Origin: Antedon mediterranea
Taxonomy: Eukaryota > Animalia > Echinodermata
Reading direction: 5' to 3'
Length of the DNA stretch: 64,000 nucleotides
Assembly (NCBI RefSeq): GCF_964355755.1
Contig: NC_092670.1
Span: forward strand, 20,570,795-20,634,794
The position numbers and the translations under genes are program-made. The notes under the pieces were generated by a model. That model was given only the letters and a program-made list of their open reading frames with translations. It did no database searches and was not told the DNA's origin. Positions 14,106 through 28,089 of this stretch are shown piece after piece; the stretch's first letter is position 1, and each line of letters starts with the position of its first letter.

Positions 14106-14610
14106 TTAGTACTGCCTTAGTTACAGTTAACTTCGGAACAGACAGCTATTTACTTTACTTACAACATTTATTAAAAGGGTAATTTTTTCTTAGCCTGCGA
14201 TAAAACAAAATTCCATTTTGTTGATAGACGCTCATTGAATGGCATGCATAATTTCATGTTTATTATTGATGAGGTCTCATTGATAGATTTTAAGTTAAGC
14301 TGAGCATAGCTGGTGTAATTCTTTGACAGGTTGCACAAGGCAGTGAAGGGTCTCTTAATGGCCTAAAGATTGAATCAACCACTTATCCTAGGCTAGTGTT
14401 GCCTGAGTCATCATACATTGTGTTTTGGGTTAATCCTTGGTAGGGTACTAAAACCCCATTGCTTGCTGCAGAGAAAATATTGTGTAATTTCAGAACTGTA
14501 CTGTATATTCTGAATATAGATAGTTTCAGCCTCAATAAAACCAACATTTTCAGGACTATCAACTTTTTAGGTCAAATTTCTGCATCACATGGACTATGAG
14601 TGTAGCCTAA

Positions 14611-14723
14611 AGCTCTTTCTACACTATCAAACTAGTTTGACAAAAAAAAGTGCGATGTGTACCCAAATATTGTAGTGATATGTCATCTTTTCCATATGGA
14701 CATTTGATAGTGTAGACAAAGAT
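14611..14723. mobile_element. MITE family A copy (internally deleted)
   Basis: taa|agctctttctacactatcaaac...tttgatagtgtagacaaagat. Confidence 0.75.
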
Positions 14724-15360
14724 TTGTGGCCCAATCCTTTTACCACAAACTTTTTAGAGGCTTTCAATAGGTCTTACTGCATTTGAAGTTGAGCTCGTAT
14801 ATTTGCAGTCTAAATGAAGCTTTGTGGTCCGAACCTAGCCTAATTTCTACTATCATATGCTTGAACTATTAGTTATATATCGGTGGTGCAAACTTTTTAC
14901 AGGTGCCTGCTTTTACTGCTGTTCTGCAATAATTTTTTTGATTCAGTTCCAAAAATACAACATTAAAAACCGTTGAAATTTGATTATCCTATTGGGTGTA
15001 GCCAACTAACAACTGCTCAACAGTTGATAGGATGTTTCACTAAATATTTGTTGACAAGTCGTTTTAGAATATTACTTTTGTATTCTAATCTTTCATAATT
15101 AAATGTGTACAAAAAATTAGTGGAACTTCAGGTCTGCGGAAGAAATAAAACAGACCTGACCTTATTAAAAATTATCAATGACAAGACAATATTTTTGTAA
15201 AGAATTATCAATGCATCATACAAAATCATTCGACACCTAAAGAATAATTTGCGTTATTTAAAATTATTTTTTTAAGTACCATTTTGTTTGATGTTATCTA
15301 ATTAAATGCCTTAGTGATATTTTTGTGTTGATAAAATTTCTTTGTTTTTTTATCTTTTAG

Positions 15361-15625
15361 ATAATATTACAGTGAGCATCTTGATTCAGCCGAGAAAGTT
15401 TCTGACGTGAATTTAGTTGATACAATTGATTAAAAAGTTTCTGATAGACTTATCCACATAAACTGCAGCTGTCCTTCAAGTTTAAACAATTTGAACTATG
15501 GGTGACAATTTCAACATTAATTTGACTTCATCCCAAGATGCTCACATATTATGTACAGTTTATAAAGTGTTCCATTCTATGTAAAATCTAAAATCTCAAT
15601 AAAATCTGTTGATGAAAAATTTGGT
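15361..15625 (+). other. NDUFAB1: Probable terminal non-coding (3'UTR) exon of NDUFAB1
   Basis: Strong polypyrimidine acceptor ending ttttag at 15360; AATAAA at 15598. Confidence 0.55.
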
Positions 15626-15851
15626 AAAATACATATCTGTAGAGTTTTATTATTATCAATATTTTTGATTTGTTTGATTATATATATTAAAAAAGTGATT
15701 TTCAATTTACAATGAAAAGAAAAAACAAAAGAAATTCTTAGTAACTTCCGCATGTTTAATCATGTATCCCATCGTGAATGGCAACATCCTGTATCGTCAT
15801 AGCAACAACTAGATTTTGATACCAGGAAGCCATCCACTGATGGGAATTTTA

Positions 15852-15865
15852 GTTACCATGGTAAC
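15852..15865. promoter_or_regulatory. Palindromic RFX X-box
   Basis: GTTACCATGGTAAC perfect palindrome, with nearby atggcaac and atagcaac half-sites. Confidence 0.45.
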
Positions 15866-17299
15866 CTTCCAACACCTGGCGGCAGGTGAAAATCATAACA
15901 CAGTCCTTTAGCGGATACTTTTGACAGTACATCCCTATTGACAGCTAGATTGAAAAACTGACATGGACAGCCCCAGATTCAGCACACATGCTGTCTTCTC
16001 CCTTAATCCAGTCGATTTTGACAACACATGGTTTTTATTCAAATTAACCCATAGCATCTTTTTGTTTAAGCCTCTTTTATTCAAATCGGAAAAGAAAATC
16101 AAAGCGGGGTCTGAAAAGAAAGTAAACTGTGAACCGGTTCCACTGTTTTTATCAAGAAACAGAACAGCAAAACTAAGAAATTCAATTGTGTTTTGAATTA
16201 TATTTTTGGCGAAAAATTACCATTTTAAAGTTAAGCAATTTAGAATTGTTATAGGAAGAGGTTGTCAATTACAATTGGATTATATCTAGGTATAGTCACC
16301 TTGAACATTGCTTAACTTGGTCAAAATTAGTTAACTTAACCATAGATTAGGTTAGCAAATTTGGTTTACATAATTACTTCATTGACCATGCATACCTTAA
16401 ATATACCATAATTTAAGTTCATAAATGAAATACATGTTTTGCAGTCAAGTTAACATATTTCTACCTTAACTGGTTAACTACACTTAACTTGGTTAACTGG
16501 CTAACCTCTTTAAACGCTTACGTTTTTCGATAGTTCTGGTAATAAAATAAATGATTGCAGATAAAAGATACTATCTTGATATCAATGTAGGGCCCACATT
16601 GATGTCAGGGTAGGTACATGGCCCAAAATTGTTACCCAAATGAAGAAAATTGGATTGTTCAAGTTATAACATGTTGAATTTTGGAAATGTTCTTTCGTAA
16701 CTTCAAATTTTAAGGTGTGTGTATCTAAAATAAAGTTGATAAAATATATCTCGATTCTGTTTTGTAGTTTGTTTGGTTACTATGTTGATGATACCACTAA
16801 GACGAAATACATAATTAGTTATTGCGCCTAAATAGGACGACATAGAAGCTAATTTGGATTCTCTTAAACTTTTCTTTTCTAACTTACATAACACTAAACA
16901 TTATTCTCCTTTTTGAAACACAAGTACCACAAAACGTACTAGCGTTTATTTTCCTTTATACGATATTATAAATTCATGTTAGGTATATTAACCTTTAGAA
17001 TGTGACCTAAAAACGAGAATAATATTTATGTACAAGTATCACATGACAACCTATTTGAACTACATTTTTTGACAAGATTGTATTTAGTTAAATGATTTAT
17101 AGTTGCCCTGAATTTGCTCCTTATGCTATCTGCAACCTTACTCTATGCCTACCCACCCACCCACCAATATTGCAATGAACTACTAGAAGCCTTCCTATTT
17201 TGTTCCTCCTACTACAGTATTGTGAACTGTCCTTTCACCAGTCTTTCCAGTGGTTTCAGAACTCCCTTTTCAGAATAAGGGCACATCACCCAACTCACT

Positions 17300-17915
17300 T
17301 CTTCACAGCTTGCGTGATGACCTCTTCCCCCAACATGAGGACCTCCTCTTCACATCCTCCTTCATGACCCACCTGTTCCAGAATAAGAACCCATCGCTTT
17401 CCCCATCATGAGGACCCACCTTTTCACCCACCATGAAGCACCACCTTTTCCCAGCCAAAGCCCACCTCTTCCAGTTTTCTTGACCCACCGCTTTCCCAGC
17501 TTTCTCTATGACCCACATCATTCTAACCTAAAGCCCCACCCTTTTCCCAGCTTTCTTTATGCCCCACCTCTTTCCAAGCTAAAGCCCAACTTCTTTCTCC
17601 AACATGAGGATCCACCTCTTTCCCTGCTTTCTTAATGACCCACCTCTTCCTCCAAGCTAAAGCCCCACCTCTTCCCAGCTTTCTTTGACCGACCTCTCCC
17701 AAGCTAAAGCCCACCTCTTCCCAGTTTTCTTTATGAACAACCTCTCTCAAGCGAACGCCCCACCTCTTCCCAGCTTTCTTTATGACCGACCTCTCCCAAG
17801 TTAGCCCCACGTCTTCCCAGCTTTCTTTATGACCCACCTCTCTCTAGCGAAAGCCCCACCTCTTTCCCAGCTTTCTTTATAACCCACCTCTCCCAATTAA
17901 GCCCCACTTCTTCCT
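17300..17915. repeat. Pyrimidine-rich ~52-bp minisatellite
   Basis: aagccccacctcttcccagctttctttatgacccacctctcccaagct units, decaying toward the left. Confidence 0.9.
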
Positions 17916-19855
17916 GCGAATAGTTTTTACTTTCTCTTATCGCCAGTATGCAGTATTCTTCCTGCTTTCGAGTGCACAGCTCTTATCCCGAGTGCTCGCA
18001 GCATACGCATTTCAAATATCCTTTATATACCACTTTGGGAGTATCAAGCTCTCTTGCATAGTTTGTTGATATTTTTAAGATGAATGGTGAGAGTCCAACC
18101 GGAACCAAAATTATTCAGTGAATTTATTTTTGGCGGATATCCAAAACAGTATTACAAATCCACCGACGATAATAATAGTCTTCCACTTTTGTTATCGTTT
18201 CTTTGAAAAGAAAAATCGGGATATCGTCACTACTTACTGATGGTCATAAACAGCCCAAAGACCAAATGCGTGACTATTTGTAGTACTGTATATATTATTT
18301 ACGCAAACAATTTTCTTAAGTTTTCCCGCAAGAATATTCCACGGATATTGTTTATTCTATATGCCCAAATACAACAGTGTGTTCCGACTTCAGTTTCCCC
18401 CGCATGACTTGAATGTACTTTTTGGAATTTGTTACCCCTTGACCCTAGATGTATGCCACCCTGTTATAATAAAAGGTACATCTATAAAGACGTCACAAGA
18501 AGTGGGTTAATCGGTAACACACACATGCACGAGCTCTATTCCAAAAAGTCCGATGTGGTCCGCATCCTGTCCGTTGTTATTTATATAAAAGTACTTTTTC
18601 CATTTGATCTTTTTTATGGACATTGTCATTAAATGCTCCAATCATCTCTACATTGAAAACACGATGTTGAAGTTTATGTTGTCGGACTTCTTAATATATA
18701 AAGTAGGACTACATGTCTTTCATAGTTGGAGTGGAATCTCCTCCATAGCAGAGTACCCCGCCCCTCTCCTACCAATAATAATTACGTCATCGAAGGCCTA
18801 TAATTATGAGAACATAATCTGAAAAACCAGCTTGTTAGTGTTTTAATTATGATATAAATTAATAAAACCGAACTTGATGATCACATTTGAAATGTATAAC
18901 CACATTTGACGAGAGCCACGCGATCCAATTATTCCTATTAGAAAGAGAATCCCGCTCGACCACATTCATTAATAGGCCCACATCAAAGTAGCACCGCTGT
19001 TTTGTGCGTGTTCAGCAACATACGGGGTTTCATGTAATGCAATTGAAGTAAGTTTGATCATGTTACCATGTTTGTACTCTTTTGTACTGTACTGCATACG
19101 ATGTCGTGGAATGTTGTTCGCCATTTCGACAGAAACTAAATATTATGCCATTGTAATGTCTTTTATATCATACTTTTAAACACACCGAGTAGGCTACTCG
19201 GTGCAATTAAATGGACAAGATTAATACAATACGGTACACAAACGACCATTTACCATACCTGTATAGACAGATAATTGAAGAGAAGTATTAGGCCTGACAG
19301 GCAAGTTCACACTTTACCAGATTTATGGACTCTCTCTGCTATATTCACACGGCAAAGAATTGATTTATCATCAATATACCACAGGTAGAAAACAAAGCAG
19401 ATTTATGTATCAAGTACCACTGGTAGTAAACAGACTACTTTGGCCGTCTTGTTGTCGTAATACCGCCTTGGGGTACTGGATAGCCCTCGGTCAAGATCGT
19501 ATCCTGAAAGGTTATCTGATGCTATAGGTTCAATAACATTGTCACTGACGACAAATGACAATGTTATTATAAAAAGTAGTTTTTAATCTAGTAAATAGTT
19601 CAATTTTCCCTCTGATATGCGTGAGTAACACACCATTTTATTCTTGGAAAGCAATTCAAGGCCGTAATTTCATCCTGGCCTATTCGGGTTATGGCGCCGT
19701 GATTCCAGATTAAAATGTATTTAGCATTACAGGAGATTTAAATATATTTATAGACCGTTTTAAAGATTTTCTTTCATAGATAATTAACATACCTATCGAC
19801 TTATAAATGCACCTAAATAATTACCGTATCAACTGAGGCACGCAATTGAAGAATT

Positions 19856-20158
19856 AGGGCTGGAGCCTAGTTACACTTACAACAAACTTTATTTGCAAAC
19901 TAAAGTTTAAACATCTGCAAACTTGTTTTCTGCTGTTTGCCGAAGTTTTAAACTTTGCAAACTTTGTTTGGAAAACCTTTCTTGACAAACGGAGTTTGAA
20001 AACAAAATGTTTGCCAGGTAAGCTTAGGCTTGCAAACTCCGAGTTTTTGCAAACAAAATATTTGGTAAAGTTTGCTTTCAGAATCAGCTGTTTTTACTGT
20101 AATGTATTGTTCTTTTTAAGAAAAACAATTTCCTGCTGTTTAAATCTTGCTTAGCCCT
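19856..20158. mobile_element. Probable MITE with internal tttgcaaac repeats
   Basis: Short TIR agggctggagc / gcttagccct; many tttgcaaac subrepeats; no clear TSD. Confidence 0.4.
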
Positions 20159-23100
20159 AAATTCTGTCAGTTCATGGATATAAAGAAGGTGCAATTGATG
20201 ACTCCAAACAATTTGACAAAGACAGATAAGAAGGCACAGGCCCTGCCCTCAATGACATCAATGTTTACTCCCGGGAAAACGGCTTACTCTATATCTATCA
20301 ACATCGTACTAAATGAGGAGAGAACAAAACAATCTTAGACCTAGAAAAGTTAACCCGGACGAAAAAAAAGATGTAGATCAACCAAACTCTGTTGCTGTAC
20401 TTTTTCACATTACTGATTCAGGGAGTGAGAAGAAAGTCTAAATGTCAAATGTGCTGAAATGTGTTTCAGAGAGGGTGGCCTCTCCCATTCACGTCACCAC
20501 TCATCACGCTTGCAGCTTAATTTTATTAGAATATCTTCTTTCTTCACTTTGATAACGGCTTGGCAGTTAGATTTAAATTAGACACAACTGCAGAAAATCT
20601 ATTGCATACTTGATTGGTAAAAACACCATTTAATGACAGTTTGGAGTTTCTCTTGCCGAGCTTGCCCTTTTTGGCGCATTTTGTCAATTGTAGCTGTATT
20701 TCTAATCATTGAAAAATATTTTACGATTGTTGATATCTTCTTTAACTTACTTGTTATGACATTTTGATGACCTATAATAACTCAGACATTTATTATTTTG
20801 GCTTCAACTGTCGATATGTGACAATATGCAACATTCTGACCATTGCGTCTTTTACCTGACCCAGTTTTTATGTAACTGCAGTAAAAATATAATAAAGCGA
20901 ATAAAGGTATACAGACCACTAAGAAATGTTCGCAACTTGCGTTTTCAACGTCATACAAGATAAACCTGTTTTTTTCCACAATGCAATAAATGAATACCAA
21001 AAATAATCCACTAACGTCACATTTTAAATAGTGAGATTTATTTTAGTTTAAAAATATAAACGAAGGTCGTCTTGATAAAAATATCAACGGAAATATTGCT
21101 ATTTAATTGAACTGGCCTAGCAAAGTACCTGTCATTATTAATAATCCCTCATAAACTAGCTAGATTTTTAAAAGCGAACTCCTGGGAATTCGTGGAATTT
21201 TTTTTCAGAAGTGAGAACATTCACTCTAGCTGGTGGTTTGAATGACCACCTCAAATCCCACAACATGTAATTGGCTCGAACAAGTTATAGGCCTATAATT
21301 AATGCAATGTATTTCTAAACATTAGCAAAAACAGCTCTGCGCATCTCGTTTTCAGAGCAATTTGAAAATGTAATTTAAATTGATTATTTTGTATTATTAT
21401 GACTGAGCGTAACAAATTAAACTAATTCGTTATATCTTGATACTTAGGTTAGTACCAAGATCATCAGGCCTACAGTACCAATTAAGAAACACAGCCTTTG
21501 TAAATTAGTATTAATTCTAGAGATCGAGTAGGCCAATACCGATGCCTGACGGGTGTGAACAATGAGTAATTGAACTCGATTTACCAATGAATTTTTAAAA
21601 AACCTTTATTTAAACTGAAAAAAAAATGGTTATTTTTCAAATTTCAAAATGAACTTAATAAAAATGGAAGCCATGGTGATGTTGGTTACCTTCAGGGTAA
21701 CAGCAATATTACATTGTTACTGTATATTCTTGATTACAAACAGCTGTGGAAATATGGATAATTATTGTAATAACCTTTTTAATGTAAACATTATTATGTG
21801 TTAAAGGAGTCCATGTTGTTTAATCGGTGAGGTATTATTTTAATCTGTAGACACCATCAATGCCTTTTGCCGGCTTCATGGTCTATTAATGTTGACATTT
21901 CTGAACCCTTAACTAACAAAATGTTACAATACCAGATGTAAATATTTGTAAATGATTCGCAAAGCCTACATACTGCGTAAGGTGCAGGTTCAGACTATAG
22001 TTTCTCCCCCAAGGCATAGCAAAGATATTTTTTCTAGGCCCACAAGCTAGCACAATTTTGCTGCTTTATATCTTGCTTCTGAAACTACATAGGGTGCAGG
22101 TCTATTTTGAAACAGTTGGTTTGTTTTTGAATTTATAATACTTAATTTAACAGAAAATAAATGCGTTTCCCAAGGCTATAGTTAACCTACATTTAACATT
22201 CGAACCAAGAATGTTGACCGGTATAATCTTGTATCTTTTAGGAACGCAATAATAACTGAGAAATAGCCTAACTATCTTGATGATGAATGTTGAATTTTGT
22301 GAATGAAGTTGATTAACCCGTATGTGTAAACAATATGAAATAAATCAATCAACCGTCAACCATCTTTATTTGTGCAGGGAACGTTCCAACTTAATCCGTT
22401 TATCCATTAAAACAAGATTTACAAGAAGTTACCAAAATGAGGTGTGTTAATGTAAATAGATTGAGCAGAGTTTGATTTAATGACAAATTATTACCATACA
22501 ATCCTCCTTCTTCACCCAGTGAATGCCCCAAGTATTTCTTTTCATGTTGTTAGTATTCCTTTACGAGGCCATGTATGTCAACATGTTTATCTTTTTACCT
22601 ACACGTCGAATTGCCGTTTCACCCAGAATAGAGGTTTCTCTATCACATGCATGTAAGCCTACTTTTACGCCCCTATCCAACCTGCTTAAATAACGCTACT
22701 CAAAACATACAAATCAATTCCAGGACATAAAGGAGTTGATCCATAATGTGTTTGACTATAACATAGGCCTAATGAAGCAATTGTAATATTTTAAACTTGA
22801 CTTGGAAGTCAGTAACCTGTCTCTGTCGAACAGAGCCTTTGGCCTGTAAACTCGATTTATGTATAAGAAAATAAATATCTATCTAAAGACAAATTTAAGC
22901 GGATATATATAATTATCAATTATCATAGAAACTATACTTTCTGAGAATTGTTATACGTGTGTTCACGTAAAATAATATGTAAATTTGAAAAGCTTCAGTT
23001 CGTGTTCTGGAATTACTAACTACGCATGCGTACTCATCGAAGTCAGTAATCCCCTAATGTTGTTAATAATTCAAGAAGGAAGAAATGGTTCAAAACTGAA

Positions 23101-23761
23101 TTAATTGGTTTATTCAATATCGGATATTTATTTCAATTATTGCTTTATAAATTTTATTATTTCAGGAATAAAATATATTACTGTATTATTGTATGATGTT
23201 CCACATCCGCACTTTGGAAGTTTAGCTCGATATACATGTAGTGTATTTTCTCTCCCTTTGTCCATATTTCACTAATATATTAATGTTTTTATTCTTTTCA
23301 CTATATTTTCTTATGGATGAAAACAAAAATTATTGTGTTATTAAATGTACATATAAAACTTCTGCAAGTGTAGGCCTATGAATAATACCTCATGATAATG
23401 TATTGCTTTTTGAATTATTCCTCCTCTGGCACTCGTTTCATTACGGAAGCATGACCACATAATCATAATCAGAAAGCTTGAGCAAGATGACGAGATTATG
23501 GCATAATAATGTATTTTATTTGCGTTTCATGTGACCGTTCTGAACAGCTGATGTATCGATAACAGACGATGTCTAAAGTAGATTCTTGTCTGAATTAATG
23601 ACAGACTATATAACGCATCAAAATAGAAGAAGACGTTGGTTGCATGATACTGATATCAGACGATAAATGTATTTCCAGAACTGGTTACATAACAATGTCT
23701 CGTGTGAGTTATAGGCTATATGTCGATAGACGCTTTTGATTCAAAATAATTAATCGAAATA

Positions 23762-23970
23762 AACGCTCGAGTTAAAACTAACATTTACGCTCGAGTTATA
23801 ACAATTTCAAAGAATATTTCTTTCCTTGGTTGAGTAATATGAACTTTCGCTCGAGTTACAAAATGTAAATGATTGTGATTTTATTACATAAGTAACATTA
23901 AAATCTTCTTCGAGTTACAAACTATATGAATATTTTACATTTACGTTCGAGTTACAAACTATATGAACAT
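23762..23970. repeat. Degenerate short repeat cluster (cgctcgagttacaaa)
   Basis: About 6 copies of (c)gctcgagtta. Confidence 0.6.
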
Positions 23971-26900
23971 GTAAATAACTCCATTATATAATTACATTAT
24001 TAACATGGACACGTGTATAAACATTTACAATGTGTTCATATTGTTCATCAGAATGACAGGTGTCGGGGCAAACCTGTCAGAAAGATGAAACTAAAGTTTT
24101 AACTCAATCTATCACCATGTAGTGTTAAAAGCAACGAGTTTTCTAATCTGCTTAGTCATCTCGTTGGCAGGTAGCTCAACTATTATTATTTGTATTTCAA
24201 CAATCAGTTCCCCACTTTTCAGACACGAAAGTCCAGATAGGGTCATGTCTGTTGAATAAGTTAATACGAATTTATCAAAATGTTAAATAACGTATTTACA
24301 ATTAATTGGAAGTGCCACTATGGTAACACTAGAATAAGTTTTTAAAGTGTTTCCATATTGATTTTAAAAACAAAACACATTTGAACGATTTGAATTTTGT
24401 TTGAAAAAAAATATATGTTTCTTGGGTCCTAGTTTTTTTGATAGATCCTTATACCTTCACCTTTAATATTGTTTATACTCCTACAATGTAATATAATGAT
24501 TGGAAACAAAATGTGCCTGAAACTGTTGAAATGGATACACCAGCATGTTAGTGTAGGCGCGGTCCCACGACTCATTCGCTCTTTCAACACAAACCGATTG
24601 TTACGGTACCTTTGTAATGTGTTACATAACCTTTACTTTAGATTCGTAATCGTAATTTCCATCTTTAACTTTTCCAAATTGAGAAATAACCATATCTAAT
24701 ACATGATCTAATTTTAGCGATGTACTTGATGTACCAGTAAAAATTAGAGCATGTTTACATGTGTTATCAATACTTGTAGGCATCCTGTTTTGTGACTTTA
24801 CTGTGTTACTTTATCGAGTCATCTTCGCAAATCAAATTAACCCTATGTTCGGGGGTTCCTTGTTATAAGTTTAAGTGCAGAAACAACACGCCTATGAAAC
24901 GCCACTTTTCAATCCGCTTTCCATAACATCTTTACCAGATGTCACAGACATTCTTTTTCAAATGTCGTTCAGTGTTTCCCGCACAATTTTCTTTTCTGCA
25001 ACGGAACATTCAAAACGTATAGTAGGGCCATGGACGTAAGTATACCCATAGTAAGAGCCAGTCCTTGTATAGGCTTTCACTCCCCCTACAAATGGAACTA
25101 CTTGCTGCTATAACGTTGCTGCTATATAACGTCATTATGACGTCGCCAACGATGGACGCCTTGTTGTTGGTCTCGGGACACCATTTTGCGTGGAAGCCCA
25201 AATTGGCGTGACATTCACTTTTGGATTTACCTGCGCATAGTTCAGTTGTTTGTCATTCATCATTTAGTGAAATAATATAAGGTGCGGGAAGCAGCTGCAG
25301 TTTGCCCGCCTTCAACCTATCCTTCTGGGAATTAGAACGTGCCGAAGAAAATCCGCGGCTTTCGTGACAATAACCATGACAATTGTTGGTTATAATTAGA
25401 ATGTTCTATTATGTTTTATTATTTATTTTATGTTTTTTGATTCGAAATGTTTGAACAATAAATTGCAATGTACAATAGCTACATGGGGCTCCCTGACTTC
25501 AGTTGAAGATGAAGATCTTTAATTCGAATGTTTTAGAGTTTTTTAAAAAGTAGAAAATCATCATCATATCAATTTAAATAATTACTGAGTGAATATCATT
25601 GTTCCAACCTATAGGGCCTATAGAAAATATTACTGCATTTCACAAACTAGATCTACACATTTCTAGGTTGTTTTTGACACACATTTCAGTTCACCCAGGG
25701 CAAGTTCTTAACGCTGTGATACAATAATAGTAATTAACAATGACATTTAACCGGTCAAATAAATATTAATTATTATTATGTACACCTGAACAATGTGGAT
25801 CACGTGTTTGATAATCTAGCGGGGTTTGCAGGTGTTCAGTTGAATTATGCCACCTGTTACTGCATTGCGTATGCGCGGCAATGTAACGTCACGCAGTCAC
25901 GCTTCATTGATTATGCTTTTAAAAAGAAAGAAAGAAAGAAAGAAAGAACAGATACAATTTAAAATTTCGTATATGTTTTTATCTATATCTAAATGGGCTT
26001 TTTGTGTAATTATTTTAAACTCCTGCTTTTTTCTACATGACTTATTTACCCCTGTCTGTATTTATATCAATTATTCTAATTTCCTCTTTTTACTGACAAT
26101 ATTAATTATACCATAGGCCTAAGACCCTATCAGCATTTTAACGGAAATAGGCCTCATATACCCGACCCAAAGCTCCACATTCAGCTGTGACAGAAAGCAA
26201 AGATAGTAAGTTTTTAGGGGAATTCGATTAATACACAGCGTAATTGAAAAGTTCGCCAGTTAACTGGTTTTGACTACTGAAACGTAATGTTTTAACCACA
26301 TGTATTCAACTAAATTTCACTCGAAACATTTGGCGCACTTCTAGTAGTAGCTTTTTGCACAATTTAATTACTTAAAAGAAAATATGTAGACTCAAACCCG
26401 AGTAACATAAGCCGCTTTAGATAAAAGCGAAGCCCCCTACTGGAATATTAATATTTAAGATCAATACTGATATATTTCACTGTACCACCACAATAGCCTA
26501 AGGACGTGTTCAGTGCCCTTTCTAAGCGGCGACGCGCCATACAAAGGTAGTGCGTTTAATGACCAATTACGCGGTTGATAGACCACCTTCATGTTAATAT
26601 ACAACATAACAGGCCTATGCATTTATAAGACAATTCAATAGAAGAGTGATAAAAAAATTACTATTCTTTAGGCGGACGTTAAGCCAACTTTCGAGTGTCT
26701 CAGTTTCGTTCAATTTCGTTTTTATAAAGAAAATGTTATTTTGATATTAAGTAGGCCTATTATTGGTTCTGACTGAATTGATTCACGTGCTGTGGGACAC
26801 AAAATCACTTTACGCGTGAAATAGCGTTCGTTCCCCACGGTATATTCAGGCTGTGGTCATGGTTCATTATAATATACTATAGCCTACGCAAGGAAATAAC

Positions 26901-27142
26901 ATTATTTTTTTTGCAATTTTTTTAATAGAATATTCAATTTTCGTATGACATCCTTAACTAACATTACTGATTCATCATGGCAATGCTCTGGCGGTCAGTA
27001 GCATTAGTTTTTGTGTGTTTTTTGAATGTCTCGGTCGAGTCATGATAATGCGGACTTAATACAAATATGTTTAATAACGTACAGCTATTTAGAAAATAAA
27101 AATGACGATCTTTTTTATATATCAACCACGTGTTGATGAGAC

Positions 27143-27172
27143 CATGGATTAAAGAATATTCTTTAATCCATG
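27143..27172. mobile_element. 30-bp perfect palindrome with 7-bp TSD (minimal CATGG...CCATG element)
   Basis: ATGAGAC|catggattaaagaat attctttaatccatg|ATGAGAC. Confidence 0.75.
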
Positions 27173-27858
27173 ATGAGACGTACGTCTACAATATTTTATT
27201 GGGTATAAAATCACAATAAACCGTTGAGGGCCTTATTTCTATGTTTTATACAAAGGAAAAGTTTTCAATAGATCAAATTTAAAAAAAATGCTTTCCGATT
27301 GTTAAAGCGCTGTTATAAACATTTTTTATTAATGATATTTTGTATGATTTACGTTGTTTCACATACAATTGTTTTCAACTCTACAACATAACTCACCAAA
27401 TTTGTGACGTCATTTACCCTCTTTCCCTTGTTTTAGTGGCCACTCAGACTGCCTTATTTTGACTCAGCTGTAAAACCTTTCAGCCATTCTTCAAACATTT
27501 CTTTATAAATGTTCAATCGTTTCAGTTTTGTTTAAAATATTCTAATGGAGTGATTATACGCCCATAAACAAAGTATAGAGATTGTTGCGTTATTACGGAG
27601 CATATTAAAGTTGATATGTCTGGGTGCAGACGTTTCCTTGTTAAAATATTGATTTATCTCCGTAATTAACAACCTTATTTTAGACAGGTTCCATCAACAT
27701 CGCATACTTTCCATCACCCGTTTACATTCCACTCTGAAATTAAGACAATTTATACAAATTGATTGAAATATTTGGTAAATAAAAAAAAAAGTAAGAAAAA
27801 AGTACTGTATGGATGGAATGTATTGTAGCCTACATCTATAGAATTATATACACGTTAA

Positions 27859-28089
27859 CATAGCATGGGGCTCCATATCTGAATGCTGTATGTTATAGAC
27901 TTATACAAGACATAGCATGGGGCTCCATATCTGAATGCTGTATGTTATAGACTTAGGCCTATACAAGACATAGCATGGGGCTCCATATCTGAATGCTGTA
28001 TGTTATAGACTTATACAAGACATAGCATGGGGCTCCATATCTGAATGCTGTATGTTGTAGACTTATACAAGACATAGCATGGGGCTCCA
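27859..28089. repeat. 52-bp tandem repeat, 4.3 copies
   Basis: Units start at 27859, 27911, 27969, 28021, 28073; unit 2 is 58 bp because of a GGCCTA insertion. Confidence 0.95.

Noticed and set aside
14290-14470. Possible intronic snoRNA
   Set aside because: Weak hairpins, but no convincing H/ACA or C/D box arrangement
17303-17837. W/K/G-rich and P-rich ORFs
   Set aside because: Translations of the minisatellite
25029-25380. CATGGACGTAAG-starting segment as a P-like element
   Set aside because: No matching inverted end with a duplicated flank identified
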